DNA of 64,000 nucleotides from Anaerolineaceae bacterium (lineage in GTDB: Bacteria > Chloroflexota > Anaerolineae > Anaerolineales > Anaerolineaceae): positions 347-64,346 of the forward strand of contig JBASOE010000112.1 in the NCBI GenBank assembly GCA_049657925.1, read 5' to 3'. A model generated the notes under the pieces. That model did not search any database. It saw only the letters and a list, made by a program, of their open reading frames with translations, and had not been told where the DNA came from. Position 1 is the stretch's first letter. Every line of letters begins with the position of its first letter. Shown piece after piece: positions 8,285 to 17,608 of this stretch. The translations under genes were made by a program, and so were the position numbers.

Positions 8285-10657
8285 GTGACACGTTCGGAAA
8301 CAAGGCAAAAATCGACCCCTGGCACGACAACCAAAAAAAAGCCCGAAGGTGAAAAATCAGAGGCTTCCAAACCTCCGGTTGGCGTGGAGCGACATACAGT
8401 GGGTGAGAGTCTTGAGCGCTTTGGGTGGGACATTTTTGGCGTGATCCTGATCGGGGGTGGGCTTATCCTCTTTCTTGGTGTGCTGCGCCTGACCAGCGGA
8501 AATCTGATCGACAGTGTCGCAGTCAATCTTGATAGATTGTTTGGTTATGGTCGATTTATTCTTCCCCTTATTATGATTGCGGTAGGTTGCCTGGGTATGT
8601 TGTGGCGTAAAGGACAAGCCAAGCGTTTTACCATCGGTCGACTGATTGCGCTTGAGTTGGCATTTTTTATGTTGCTTGGAGCAGTTTCAGCCTTCTCAGG
8701 TGACCTGGTAGAGCATGTGCGCATTAATCAGAGTTTCGCTGGGTTAGTCGGTTGGGGAATTGCACACCCGCTACAGAGTTTACTGGGATGGCTGCCGACC
8801 GGGTTAATCTTTAGCTTTTTGACTTTAATTCTGCTATTGGTTGGGTTCGATTCGTTAGGGGGCATGGAGCGCTGGGCGCGCAGACAAGCTGGGTTGCCTG
8901 AGGAGGCAACCGATTCAGGACCGGTAAGCCTGACTGTTCATGAAAATCCGCGTGTGGTTGCACCAAAGATTGAAGTGGAACCCTTAGTAGAGCAGGTGAC
9001 GACTCACCCGCCTGTGCAGACTCCCCGAAAACCGTTGAAGACCTCAAGAGGAATCGAACAAATTGAATTGTTTGGCAACCTGAACGAACGACCTCAAGGC
9101 AAGAAAACTGAGGCTGAGATAAGGCGATCCAACGAATTGCCCCCTTTGACCTTGTTGGACGAGGAATTGGTTATGGCTGCGAACCAAAGCACTATCAATA
9201 TGAACGCTGGGCTGATTGAAAAGACCCTGGCAGAGTTTGGCATCCCAGCCAAGGTAGTGGGCTACAGGGTTGGACCAACGGTAACGCAGTTTGCCGTTGA
9301 ACCAGGTTACATCGATAAAGGTAACGGTGGTGATGACAAACAGAAAGTTCGCATCTCGCAGATCTCAGGCCTCAATCGTGATTTAGCTCTGGCTCTTAAA
9401 GCGGAACGCTTACGCATTGAAGCACCCGTACCTGGCGAATCTTACGTGGGTATCGAGGTGCCGAACGCCACCCATGCCGTTGTCAGACTCAGACCTATGC
9501 TTGAATCTCCAAAATTCATTGCTTCAAAATCAAAATTGACCATTCCTTTGGGCAGAGATGTGTCCGGCCAGCCGCTGGTTTCAGACCTTGCCACCATGCC
9601 GCACTTGTTGATTGCCGGCACAACCAACTCAGGCAAGTCCATTTGTATTGCGGCAATAACCACCTGCCTGGTAATGAATAATCGCCCGGACGAGCTTAAA
9701 TTGGTGATGATCGATCCGAAGATGGTTGAACTCAACCGTTTCAATGGGCTGCCACACTTGTGGGGGCAGGTGGAGACAAATGTTGAACGCATCATGTCTG
9801 TGCTGCGCTGGGCGACAACCGAGATGGATTATCGCTACAAGTTGCTCGAAACAGTACATGCGAGAAACCTTGACACCTACAACGATAAGATGGAAAAGTC
9901 GGGCAAGCAAGGGTTGCCTCGGATTGTCATCATCATCGACGAATTGGCAGACCTGATGATGAGCGCTCAGGAAGTCACCCAAAATACGTTGGTGCGGTTG
10001 GCCCAAAAGGCTCGTGCCGTTGGTATGCATCTGATTGTGGCTACGCAGCGCCCTTCCACCGATATTATTACCGGTGTGATCAAGGCCAATTTCCCCACAA
10101 GGATTGCCTTCACAGTTGCGTCCATGGTTGATTCCCGTGTGATACTCGACACACCTGGCGCTGAATCTTTGCTGGGCAAAGGCGATATGCTCTTCCTCCA
10201 TCCAGAGATAGGCATTCCCAAGCGTTCTCAGGGTGTTCTGGTCTCTGATAACGAGCTTCAGCGGGTAATCCGCTGGTGGAACGAGCATACGCCATCCAAC
10301 GGTGCAACTTTACCAGTGGTCATAGAGCCCACTAAATCGGAACCGGAAAGCCACGAAGAGATTGCAGCGGAGTCTATTGTCGAACCCGAAACAGAACCGC
10401 AGGCGCCATGGGAGGAGACCATCGTGGCAGAGGCTGAATCAAGCGGTGACGAAGGGTTAATCAGACAAGCTGTCAAACTACTCAAGAAAGACAGGCGAGC
10501 CAGCGCGTCTTATTTCCAACGACAACTGCGCATAGGTTATCCAAAGGCGGCCTGGTTGGTCGACACTTTGGAGGCTAGAGGTATTCTGGGTCCCGCTCAG
10601 AGCGGTGGCAAAGAACGTGAGATCTTATTAGATGATGACCATCAAGCTGAGGAGTAA
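8285..10657 (+). CDS. ftsK: DNA translocase FtsK/SpoIIIE
   Basis: N-terminal TM helices and a long linker. Walker A GTTNSGKS, plus IVIIIDELADLMM and ATQRPS. The C-terminal gamma winged helix is ASYFQRQLRIGYPKAAWLVDTLEARGILGP. GTG start. Confidence 0.95.
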   Translation: MTRSETRQKSTPGTTTKKKPEGEKSEASKPPVGVERHTVGESLERFGWDIFGVILIGGGLILFLGVLRLTSGNLIDSVAVNLDRLFGYGRFILPLIMIAVGCLGMLWRKGQAKRFTIGRLIALELAFFMLLGAVSAFSGDLVEHVRINQSFAGLVGWGIAHPLQSLLGWLPTGLIFSFLTLILLLVGFDSLGGMERWARRQAGLPEEATDSGPVSLTVHENPRVVAPKIEVEPLVEQVTTHPPVQTPRKPLKTSRGIEQIELFGNLNERPQGKKTEAEIRRSNELPPLTLLDEELVMAANQSTINMNAGLIEKTLAEFGIPAKVVGYRVGPTVTQFAVEPGYIDKGNGGDDKQKVRISQISGLNRDLALALKAERLRIEAPVPGESYVGIEVPNATHAVVRLRPMLESPKFIASKSKLTIPLGRDVSGQPLVSDLATMPHLLIAGTTNSGKSICIAAITTCLVMNNRPDELKLVMIDPKMVELNRFNGLPHLWGQVETNVERIMSVLRWATTEMDYRYKLLETVHARNLDTYNDKMEKSGKQGLPRIVIIIDELADLMMSAQEVTQNTLVRLAQKARAVGMHLIVATQRPSTDIITGVIKANFPTRIAFTVASMVDSRVILDTPGAESLLGKGDMLFLHPEIGIPKRSQGVLVSDNELQRVIRWWNEHTPSNGATLPVVIEPTKSEPESHEEIAAESIVEPETEPQAPWEETIVAEAESSGDEGLIRQAVKLLKKDRRASASYFQRQLRIGYPKAAWLVDTLEARGILGPAQSGGKEREILLDDDHQAEE

Positions 10658-10663
10658 CGCCAG

Positions 10664-11275
10664 ATGAGTGTTGAACCACCCAAAAAAAGTTTCGAGAGCC
10701 TCCTGAGAGGGATTGTGAAGACACCCCTGGAGGCTATCGCCAGATTCTTGCTGAAACTTGGCTTGACTGCTGACCACATCACGCTGTTTGGACTTGCGGG
10801 TCAACTTGGCGCTGCTGTGCTGATCGCTTTTGGTCATTTCGGATGGGCTGGTTTGTTGGTTCTGTTACTGGCACCATTTGACGCTGTGGATGGTGCCATG
10901 GCAAGACAGGCTCGTGTCACCTCCAAGTTTGGAGCGTTTCTGGATTCTGTCACAGACCGTTATGCGGAACTGGCTCTGCTGGGTGGGCTGATTTATTACT
11001 GGAGCCAACAAGGTTATACCGTAGGTGTGATGTTAGGTTTTGTGGCGGCGGCTGGTTCCGTGTTGGTGTCGTACACTCGTGCCCGTGCGGAAGGGTTGGG
11101 ATTCAGCGGCAAGGTTGGCATCCTCTCGCGAGTTGAAAGAGCGATCGTGTTGATCGTGGGTTTACTGATTGGCAAACCAATCTATTCCGTTGGTATAATT
11201 GCAGTTCTTGCTAACATTACTGCGTTGCAGCGCATCTTTTCTGTCCTTCAACAATCGAAGACAGACGCGCGATAA
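10664..11275 (+). CDS. CDP-alcohol phosphatidyltransferase (PgsA/PIP-synthase-like)
   Basis: Signature DAVDGAMAR...G(AFL)DSVTDR within a multi-TM protein. Confidence 0.85.
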   Translation: MSVEPPKKSFESLLRGIVKTPLEAIARFLLKLGLTADHITLFGLAGQLGAAVLIAFGHFGWAGLLVLLLAPFDAVDGAMARQARVTSKFGAFLDSVTDRYAELALLGGLIYYWSQQGYTVGVMLGFVAAAGSVLVSYTRARAEGLGFSGKVGILSRVERAIVLIVGLLIGKPIYSVGIIAVLANITALQRIFSVLQQSKTDAR

Positions 11276-11295
11276 GCACAGAAAAGGATTATAAA

Positions 11296-12264
11296 ATGAT
11301 TCAAGGTTTTAATATTGGACCTCTTACGATACGGTTTTATGCACTGATTATTTTGGCTGGCGCACTTTTTGCGGCTTGGCTAACCTCACAAAACGCCAAG
11401 CATTTTGGCCGCGACGGTGAGAAAACCTGGGATCTCTTGCCTATCCTCCTTGTATTTGGCATCATTGGTGCCCGACTTTGGCATGTGTTTACACCCTCGG
11501 CCTCGAATGCTGCTGCGGGAATTACCACAGCATTCTACCTGGCAAACCCCATAGAAATCCTCAAGACCTGGCAAGGCGGTTTGGGCATTCCCGGCGCAGT
11601 GATCGGTGGCTTGATCGGATTGCTCATCTATACCCATTTCTCCAAAGAAAGCTTTGCTGAATGGTCCGACTTCCTTGCACCTGGATTGCTCATCGCCCAA
11701 GCAATCGGACGCTGGGGCAATTTTGTCAACCAGGAGTTGTATGGTGGACCTTCAAATTTGCCTTGGGCAATTAAGATTGACCCTCAATATCGCTTGAAAG
11801 GTTTTGAAAGCGTTGAGCTTTATCACCCGCTCTTTCTCTACGAAAGCATTTTGAATGTTCTGGGTGGATTATTCTTATTATATGCCGCCCGCAAATGGAG
11901 AGAAAAACTTTACAAAGGCGATATTTTCATCATGTACCTGGTGATTTACCCCATGATACGTTTCTTTATGGAGTTTTTACGTTTGGATCCTTCCCCGGTT
12001 AATGGCATCAACATTAACCAGACTATCATGGGAATTGTTGCTGTTTTGGCCGCACTGTATTTGCTCTATCGTCACTTTGTGCGTGCTCCTAAAGCCGGGC
12101 ACTACGAATTCGACGACGAAGAAGGTATTGAAGTCTCCGGCATGATCTCTCCCGTGGTTGAGACTGTCGAGCCTGAATTCCTGAGCAAAGCCATCGCTGA
12201 AGATCACTGGCCAACACTTGCGGAAATGTCTGAGACGATGAGACAGTTCGCCAAGAAAGAATAA
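11296..12264 (+). CDS. lgt: Prolipoprotein diacylglyceryl transferase
   Basis: GRWGNFVNQELYG and GARLWHVF motifs, multi-TM, with an acidic C-terminal tail. Confidence 0.93.
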   Translation: MIQGFNIGPLTIRFYALIILAGALFAAWLTSQNAKHFGRDGEKTWDLLPILLVFGIIGARLWHVFTPSASNAAAGITTAFYLANPIEILKTWQGGLGIPGAVIGGLIGLLIYTHFSKESFAEWSDFLAPGLLIAQAIGRWGNFVNQELYGGPSNLPWAIKIDPQYRLKGFESVELYHPLFLYESILNVLGGLFLLYAARKWREKLYKGDIFIMYLVIYPMIRFFMEFLRLDPSPVNGININQTIMGIVAVLAALYLLYRHFVRAPKAGHYEFDDEEGIEVSGMISPVVETVEPEFLSKAIAEDHWPTLAEMSETMRQFAKKE

Positions 12265-12282
12265 CTAAACCTACACCAGTAA

Positions 12283-12307
12283 CCCCCAATCATCCGGGGG
12301 TTTTTTT
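12283..12307 (+). terminator. Rho-independent terminator after lgt
   Basis: ccccc/ggggg stem followed by TTTTTTT. Confidence 0.7.
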
Positions 12308-12426
12308 ATTGCTGGTTCGTCCGATACCATCGGAAGTAATCCTTGTAGATGGGGCAGTGGTAAAATTCGCCTATTCTGTAGACGGTGTTTCCTACGCCGA
12401 GATGATGGAACACATCGGAGGTTGAG

Positions 12427-13644
12427 ATGAATCTTGATGAGAAATTAGATTACCTGATGCAAGGTACTGATTATGGTGATCCCAGTATTGCTGAAGCCAT
12501 GGCCTTGGAATTGCGTGAACGTTTAATTGAGTCTGAGAAGACCGGCATTCCCCTGAGGGTTTACTGTGGCTACGATCCCACTTCCTCTGATCTGCATTTG
12601 GGTCATACCGTGTCGATGCGCAAGTTGCGTCAGTTCCAGGAGCTTGGCCACGAGGTGACATTTGTCATCGGAACTTTCACGTCCCTGATTGGTGATCCTT
12701 CGGACCGCGACAAATCACGCCCTCTGATCACGCGCGAGAAAGCACTCGAAAATGCCCGAACTTATGCTGAGCAAGCCTTTAGAGTACTGGATCGCGACAA
12801 AACCACAATAGCCTATAACGACGAGTGGTTATCACAGGTAACGCTTGAGGAAATCCTGCGGGTGGCGACCAATTTTACCGCGCAACAAATTTTGGCCCGC
12901 GAGAGTTTTCATCGGCGTATGGAAGCCAACGAGCCGATCTATCTGCATGAGTTTCTATACCCAATATCGCAGGGCATAGACGCGCACCACCTCAACACGG
13001 ATGTGCAGGTTGGCGGCACAGATCAACTCTATAACATCGTTACTGCCTCTCGAAAAGTGATGAGCTCATACGGGCAGAGACCGAATATTGGCATTTTGAT
13101 GCCATTACTCCCTGGGACTGATGGCGAACAGAAGATGAGCAAATCCTTGGGCAATGTCATCCCGATTCACACGTCTGCTGAAGATATGTATGGCAAAGTG
13201 ATGAGCATTCCGGATAAGGCCATGGTGATCTATTCCAAGTTGGTTACCCAATGGAAACCTGCAGAAATTACTGCCTTTGAAGCTGGTCTCGAATCTGGTA
13301 TCCTGCATCCACGTGACGCCAAAATGAAATTAGCCTGGGAGATCACCAACGCGTTCTATGGCACTGAAGCGGCCAATGCTGCCCAAGCGCAGTTTGTGGC
13401 CATGTTCCAGAAGGGCATGGAACCAGACGAGATGGCTGAATATCTCACTAACGGAAAAGAGACACTGGTGGATATTATGGTAGGCAACGGTTTGGCTGAA
13501 AGCAAGAGCCAGGCTCGTCGTCTGATTGATCAGCAAGGTGTCAAGGTCGATGGCATCACCATGCGGGATGGCAACACACTGATTGACCAACCGGGAGTAA
13601 TCCAGGTTGGTAAGCGTCATTACCTAAAGGTCAAAACCAAGTAG
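12427..13644 (+). CDS. tyrS: Tyrosine--tRNA ligase
   Basis: HIGH motif (DLHLGH), KMSKS, and a C-terminal S4-like domain (SKSQARRLIDQQGVKVDG). SD ggaggt lies upstream. Confidence 0.93.
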   Translation: MNLDEKLDYLMQGTDYGDPSIAEAMALELRERLIESEKTGIPLRVYCGYDPTSSDLHLGHTVSMRKLRQFQELGHEVTFVIGTFTSLIGDPSDRDKSRPLITREKALENARTYAEQAFRVLDRDKTTIAYNDEWLSQVTLEEILRVATNFTAQQILARESFHRRMEANEPIYLHEFLYPISQGIDAHHLNTDVQVGGTDQLYNIVTASRKVMSSYGQRPNIGILMPLLPGTDGEQKMSKSLGNVIPIHTSAEDMYGKVMSIPDKAMVIYSKLVTQWKPAEITAFEAGLESGILHPRDAKMKLAWEITNAFYGTEAANAAQAQFVAMFQKGMEPDEMAEYLTNGKETLVDIMVGNGLAESKSQARRLIDQQGVKVDGITMRDGNTLIDQPGVIQVGKRHYLKVKTK

Positions 13645-13670
13645 CTGATTCGGTAAAATTCAAAGAGATA

Positions 13671-16283
13671 TTATTCTTCACTGCTTTGGCTGAGTAGTCG
13701 CGAGCCAATCGTCGCAGCCAAATTAGGATCGTCAGATTCGAGCACAACAGCGATGGCAAGCGGTGAGCCGTGCCAGTTGAGGGTCGTTCCTCCCAGGTAC
13801 CACGTGATGGGTAGGTAATCCTTGCTTCTGGCGTGTCCCAGTTGAAACCAAATGGATGGGTTATTGCTTTCCAGTTCTTGCTGGATTTGTTGGGCGGCAG
13901 TTTGAGAAAGCACTGGTACTGGTTGTATTTCTGGATTGTATGCAACCCAATTCCCCATCTCGTTTTGATAACTGTTTACCAGCCGTGGGAGTGGTTTTGA
14001 ACCTTCCGCAGTGATGGTAGCGGCAACCATTGCCATCTGTAATGGACTTGCATTGAGCGTTGTGATGTCGGGAGTGGGTTGGATGATGGTGCTGATCGCC
14101 GTTTCTTCTGATACCACTTCAGCCACATCCAAAGAGATTTGCGGGGCCTCAAAGAGGCCAAATCCTGTCAACGTGGTGTGCAGAACTGTTGCGGAAACCT
14201 CATTGGCCAATTGGGTAGCCGTCGATTCACAGCCATATTGCAGTGTGTCTAATTCTCCTTCGAGAACTTGGATGGACTTGAGGCATGTCGGGTCAAGTTG
14301 GTTTGCAACTGGCGCAGGTTCAGTTTCAGTTAATGGATCAGTCCAAAAACTGCTCAGGTACAGTGTATTTGCCAGCGTACCAATTGGATAACTGGCTTGA
14401 GTCGCCCGATTTAACAAAGGCGCATCCTTATCACTCATCAGGTTTTCCCAGTCGTCATTGAGGGTGTTGGCGTTAAAATAGGGAGAAGTCGAGATGGCAT
14501 AAATCTCACCGGTTTTCGCGTTAAGCATCACTATTGCTCCCTTTTGCCCCTCCAACAGAGAATCTGCGCGACTCTGCATCGGAATATTGATATTTAAGCG
14601 GATATCTGAGCCAGTTGGAGGTTGGTTGTAAAGCAAACGGTTCCAAAAAACAGTTTGATAGCTACTGCTGTTTATTCCACGTAAATAAGGATAAAGGCTG
14701 CTCTCAAGCCCTGATTGTCCATAGAGCGGATTTGTGTAACCCAAGGTGTTGCTAAGTGCAGGATAACTGACAACACGTTGGTAATTACCTATCTCCCCAG
14801 TGGTAAGCGCAAGTTCGGTCCCTTTTTGTGAAAGAATATTACCCCGTGGGGCAAATCGGTCATAAACAGCCCACCTCGGGTTTTCTGCCCGCTCGACTAA
14901 TTGCTTTTGATTGAAAAAGGCGTAAAGTGAATTTACAAACACCAAACAGAGGAAAAGAAAGATAAAACCGGCTGCCATCCTCTGATAGGGACGTCGAAGA
15001 CTTTCAGGTGGCATCTTGGGTGATGGTTCCGTGCTTATTTTTAGCAAAATCAAGACACAAACCAGGTTGGTTACAAGCGATGACCCACCATAAGAGAGGA
15101 AAGGCAGGGTAATACCCGTCAAAGGGACCAATCCGAGGTTCCCTCCAATGATGAAAAAACTTTGAGTTGCAAAGTAAGCAGATATCCCAAATGCCAGGTA
15201 TCGACCGAAAGAGTTCTTTGCTGATTGAGCAATCAGAATGCCCCGCATGGTCAGGAGAAGAATCAACAGCATTATTGCGACTGTGCCAAAAAGACCCAGC
15301 TCCTCGGCGAATGTAGTGAAGATAAAGTCGGAAACAGCCACAGGGACAACTTGTGGGCTGCCAAGTCCTGGACCGGTGCCAAACAATCCACCAACAGCCA
15401 CAGCGATTTTGGCCTGGACAAGTTGATAAGATGCGTTGGAAGCATCGAGCCAGGGGTTGAGCCATATATTCAGGCGTGTTCGCACGATCGGCACAGTAAA
15501 ATAACCAACAATGCCCGCCAGAATTACCAGTAACGGGAATATCCACAAGAATCTGCGCCTTCGTGTGGTCACGGTCAACATCAACACATAAATAACCATA
15601 AAAAGACTGGCAGTACCAATATCGCGCTGGCCGATAAGTAAGATGCCAGCCAGGCTTGTAATGATAATAGTTGGCAAAATAGAATCGAAAAGCGGCACAT
15701 TGGGTCGAATTTGATCAGAGAAGAATGCTGCCAGATAAACAATCATCAGTAATTTGAGGGGTTCAGAAGGCTGTAGATACATCCCAAAAACATTCAACCA
15801 TAGTTTTGGGCCGTTATTGCCCGGGTTCACGCCGATGATGAATGTCAGTCCGATGAGCATCAACCCGAGCATCAACCAGACATACTTATAGCGCTTAAGA
15901 GTCAAAACCAGATCACGCGCCCTTGCAGCAACCACAAAAATGATGCTGCCAACCAAAAACCATAGGGTTTGTTTTAGTCCAAGATCAGGTGAGAGTCGCC
16001 ATATCGTCAATAAACCCAGTCCGGTAAGCATGGCAGTAATTGGTAGAATCCAAAGGTCGCGATTTGGGAGTCTTTGATGAACGGTCCGTCTCATCATAAA
16101 CACCCCAATCAACCATCCTGCCAGCGGCAAGAAATAGTCCGCCTTGATGCGAACAATTTCACTATGCAGTTGGATGGCTGGGGCGAGGCTTAGCGCTAAG
16201 GTATACATCACCACAGATGCGACAACCAACACCATAAAATTCGGGTGTTTTTCCTTGGGTGTTGATGTCGCGGAAGCGTCCAA
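13671..16283 (-). CDS. Fusion protein: SEDS (FtsW/RodA/SpoVE) glycosyltransferase (aa ~1-415) joined to a class-B PBP-like dimerisation and transpeptidase-like domain (aa ~435-870)
   Basis: SEDS motifs: SDFIFTTFAEELG and PFLSYGGSSLVTN. PBP-like features: GAIVMLNAKTGEIYAISTSPYFNAN, NRATQASYPIGTLAN and SPLQMA. The expected SxxK reads T-L-A-N (nt 14367-14378), and the KTG position reads LGGTT. Confidence 0.85.
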   Translation of the reverse strand: MDASATSTPKEKHPNFMVLVVASVVMYTLALSLAPAIQLHSEIVRIKADYFLPLAGWLIGVFMMRRTVHQRLPNRDLWILPITAMLTGLGLLTIWRLSPDLGLKQTLWFLVGSIIFVVAARARDLVLTLKRYKYVWLMLGLMLIGLTFIIGVNPGNNGPKLWLNVFGMYLQPSEPLKLLMIVYLAAFFSDQIRPNVPLFDSILPTIIITSLAGILLIGQRDIGTASLFMVIYVLMLTVTTRRRRFLWIFPLLVILAGIVGYFTVPIVRTRLNIWLNPWLDASNASYQLVQAKIAVAVGGLFGTGPGLGSPQVVPVAVSDFIFTTFAEELGLFGTVAIMLLILLLTMRGILIAQSAKNSFGRYLAFGISAYFATQSFFIIGGNLGLVPLTGITLPFLSYGGSSLVTNLVCVLILLKISTEPSPKMPPESLRRPYQRMAAGFIFLFLCLVFVNSLYAFFNQKQLVERAENPRWAVYDRFAPRGNILSQKGTELALTTGEIGNYQRVVSYPALSNTLGYTNPLYGQSGLESSLYPYLRGINSSSYQTVFWNRLLYNQPPTGSDIRLNINIPMQSRADSLLEGQKGAIVMLNAKTGEIYAISTSPYFNANTLNDDWENLMSDKDAPLLNRATQASYPIGTLANTLYLSSFWTDPLTETEPAPVANQLDPTCLKSIQVLEGELDTLQYGCESTATQLANEVSATVLHTTLTGFGLFEAPQISLDVAEVVSEETAISTIIQPTPDITTLNASPLQMAMVAATITAEGSKPLPRLVNSYQNEMGNWVAYNPEIQPVPVLSQTAAQQIQQELESNNPSIWFQLGHARSKDYLPITWYLGGTTLNWHGSPLAIAVVLESDDPNLAATIGSRLLSQSSEE

Positions 16284-16284
16284 T

Positions 16285-17166
16285 TTAGTTCATATACTTG
16301 TCGACCAGAAGCGAAACATTTTGTCGGGCTTCAGGTGTGACGTAGTCAGGATTGGAGATAATGGCATCCTTAAGTGCGGTGTTACAGTCGCAGGTCGGTA
16401 ACTCGTTGACGGATGGTGAGGTTAACTCGTCCACCAATCGCACCAACGAGCGTTGGGCGATTTCTGTATTCTTCATCAAGGTTTGCACAACCATTTCGAC
16501 AGAGACTGGTTCTTCATTGATATGCCAACTGTCGTAATCGGTGACGTGCGCCATGGTGGTGTAGCACATCTCTGCTTCCCGAGCGAGGAACACTTCGGGG
16601 CAAGCCGTCATGCCAACAAGGGACATACCCCAGCCGCGGAAGGTGTTGGATTCACCCCTGGTTGAAAAGCGGGGTCCTTCAATAGTAATCAATGTACCTC
16701 CTGAATGGACATTGGCACCTTCAGCTTTCAGCGACTTCAAGACTGCAGCATTCAGTCCGGGGCAAAAAGGATCAGCAACACCGACATGGACCACTAATCC
16801 GTTGCCAAAAAAGCTGCGTTCCCGCTTGTGAGTGTTGTCGTAAACCTGGTCTGGGATGACAATATCACCCGGTGCGTAATCTGCGCGCAGTGACCCGACA
16901 GCGCTGACACTGACAAGCGCTCCGACACCAAGTTGTTTCATTGCGTATATATTAGCGCGATAGTTAACTTCTGAAGGAGAGTAAATATGTCCGATGCCAT
17001 GACGAGCCAGAAATGCCAGTTTTTGTCCATGTACTTCACCAATAATAATGGGTGAGGAGGGCTTGCCAAAGGGCGTTTCAACTTCAACGGTCTGCTGGTT
17101 TTGTAGTTCTTTGAGCCCATAAAGACCTGAGCCGCCAATGATACCGAACAAAATATTCTCTGACAT
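16285..17166 (-). CDS. mtnP: S-methyl-5'-thioadenosine phosphorylase
   Basis: IGGSGLY...FGKPSSPIIIGEVHGQKLAFLARHG..H...PSEVNYRANIYAMKQLGV, and GMT..PE. SD ggagg lies upstream. There is a 1-nt gap to the next gene. Confidence 0.88.
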   Translation of the reverse strand: MSENILFGIIGGSGLYGLKELQNQQTVEVETPFGKPSSPIIIGEVHGQKLAFLARHGIGHIYSPSEVNYRANIYAMKQLGVGALVSVSAVGSLRADYAPGDIVIPDQVYDNTHKRERSFFGNGLVVHVGVADPFCPGLNAAVLKSLKAEGANVHSGGTLITIEGPRFSTRGESNTFRGWGMSLVGMTACPEVFLAREAEMCYTTMAHVTDYDSWHINEEPVSVEMVVQTLMKNTEIAQRSLVRLVDELTSPSVNELPTCDCNTALKDAIISNPDYVTPEARQNVSLLVDKYMN

Positions 17167-17176
17167 TTTTCCTCCG

Positions 17177-17608
17177 TTAGTAGGTTGGTGTAATTTTGAT
17201 AGAAATTTCTACGTCGCCACAGTAGATTCGGTCTCCGTCTTTGATCACGATGGGTTCCTCAATGCGCAGATCCTCGAGAAATGAGCCATTGGTTGATTTC
17301 AAATCTTCGTACCACCAATGATTCTGATGAAAACTCAGTCGCCCGTGGCGTGATGAAATCGCTTGTTGACTGATTGGAAAATCACAATCACGATCCCGAC
17401 CGATCAATACCTCAGCGCTGGTAAAGGTCATAGACTTACCTTCAAAAGCGCTTAAAGATGTCAAGTGTATTGCGGGGATGGGGATGCTACCTCCTCGAGG
17501 CTCTTTTTGAGTGACGCTCCTCCAAATCAGGCGTAAAGCAACAAACAAAAACAGGTAGAGAAACGCAAATAACGCCACCCGCAAGGTTAATCCAAGGGTG
17601 GAACTCAT
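17177..17608 (-). CDS. FhaB/FipA-like protein: N-terminal TM helix plus C-terminal FHA domain
   Basis: Hydrophobic N-terminus LRVALFAFLYLFLFVALRLIW. FHA core IGRDRDCDFPI....ISSRHGRLSF....WWYEDLKSTNGSFL. There is an ATGA overlap with the upstream gene. Confidence 0.75.
   Translation of the reverse strand: MSSTLGLTLRVALFAFLYLFLFVALRLIWRSVTQKEPRGGSIPIPAIHLTSLSAFEGKSMTFTSAEVLIGRDRDCDFPISQQAISSRHGRLSFHQNHWWYEDLKSTNGSFLEDLRIEEPIVIKDGDRIYCGDVEISIKITPTY

Noticed and set aside
9629-10288. Long antisense ORFs inside well-supported genes, for example 219 aa opposite ftsK, 153 aa at 2228-2689 opposite serC, 180 aa at 15004-15546 and 162 aa at 45752-46240
   Set aside because: They lie opposite genes with strong family motifs, have low-complexity Arg/Ser/Pro-rich translations, and contain no motifs or SDs. 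They are typical shadow ORFs.
12308-12426. Possible T-box leader upstream of tyrS (a GUGGUA match to the T-box UGGN bulge; UAC within a small hairpin)
   Set aside because: Only ~120 nt are available after the lgt terminator. There is no recognisable Stem I, specifier loop, AG or GNUGNA boxes, or the conserved GGUGGNACCGCG core. The UAC sits in a 3-nt loop. This is probably chance; a covariance-model scan (Rfam RF00230) would settle it.
16285-17166. mtnP and punA (4154-4990) as a recent duplication
   Set aside because: Both belong to the PNP/MTAP superfamily. Their sequences are clearly diverged along the known MTAP and PNP subfamily lines, and the DNA shows no similarity by eye.
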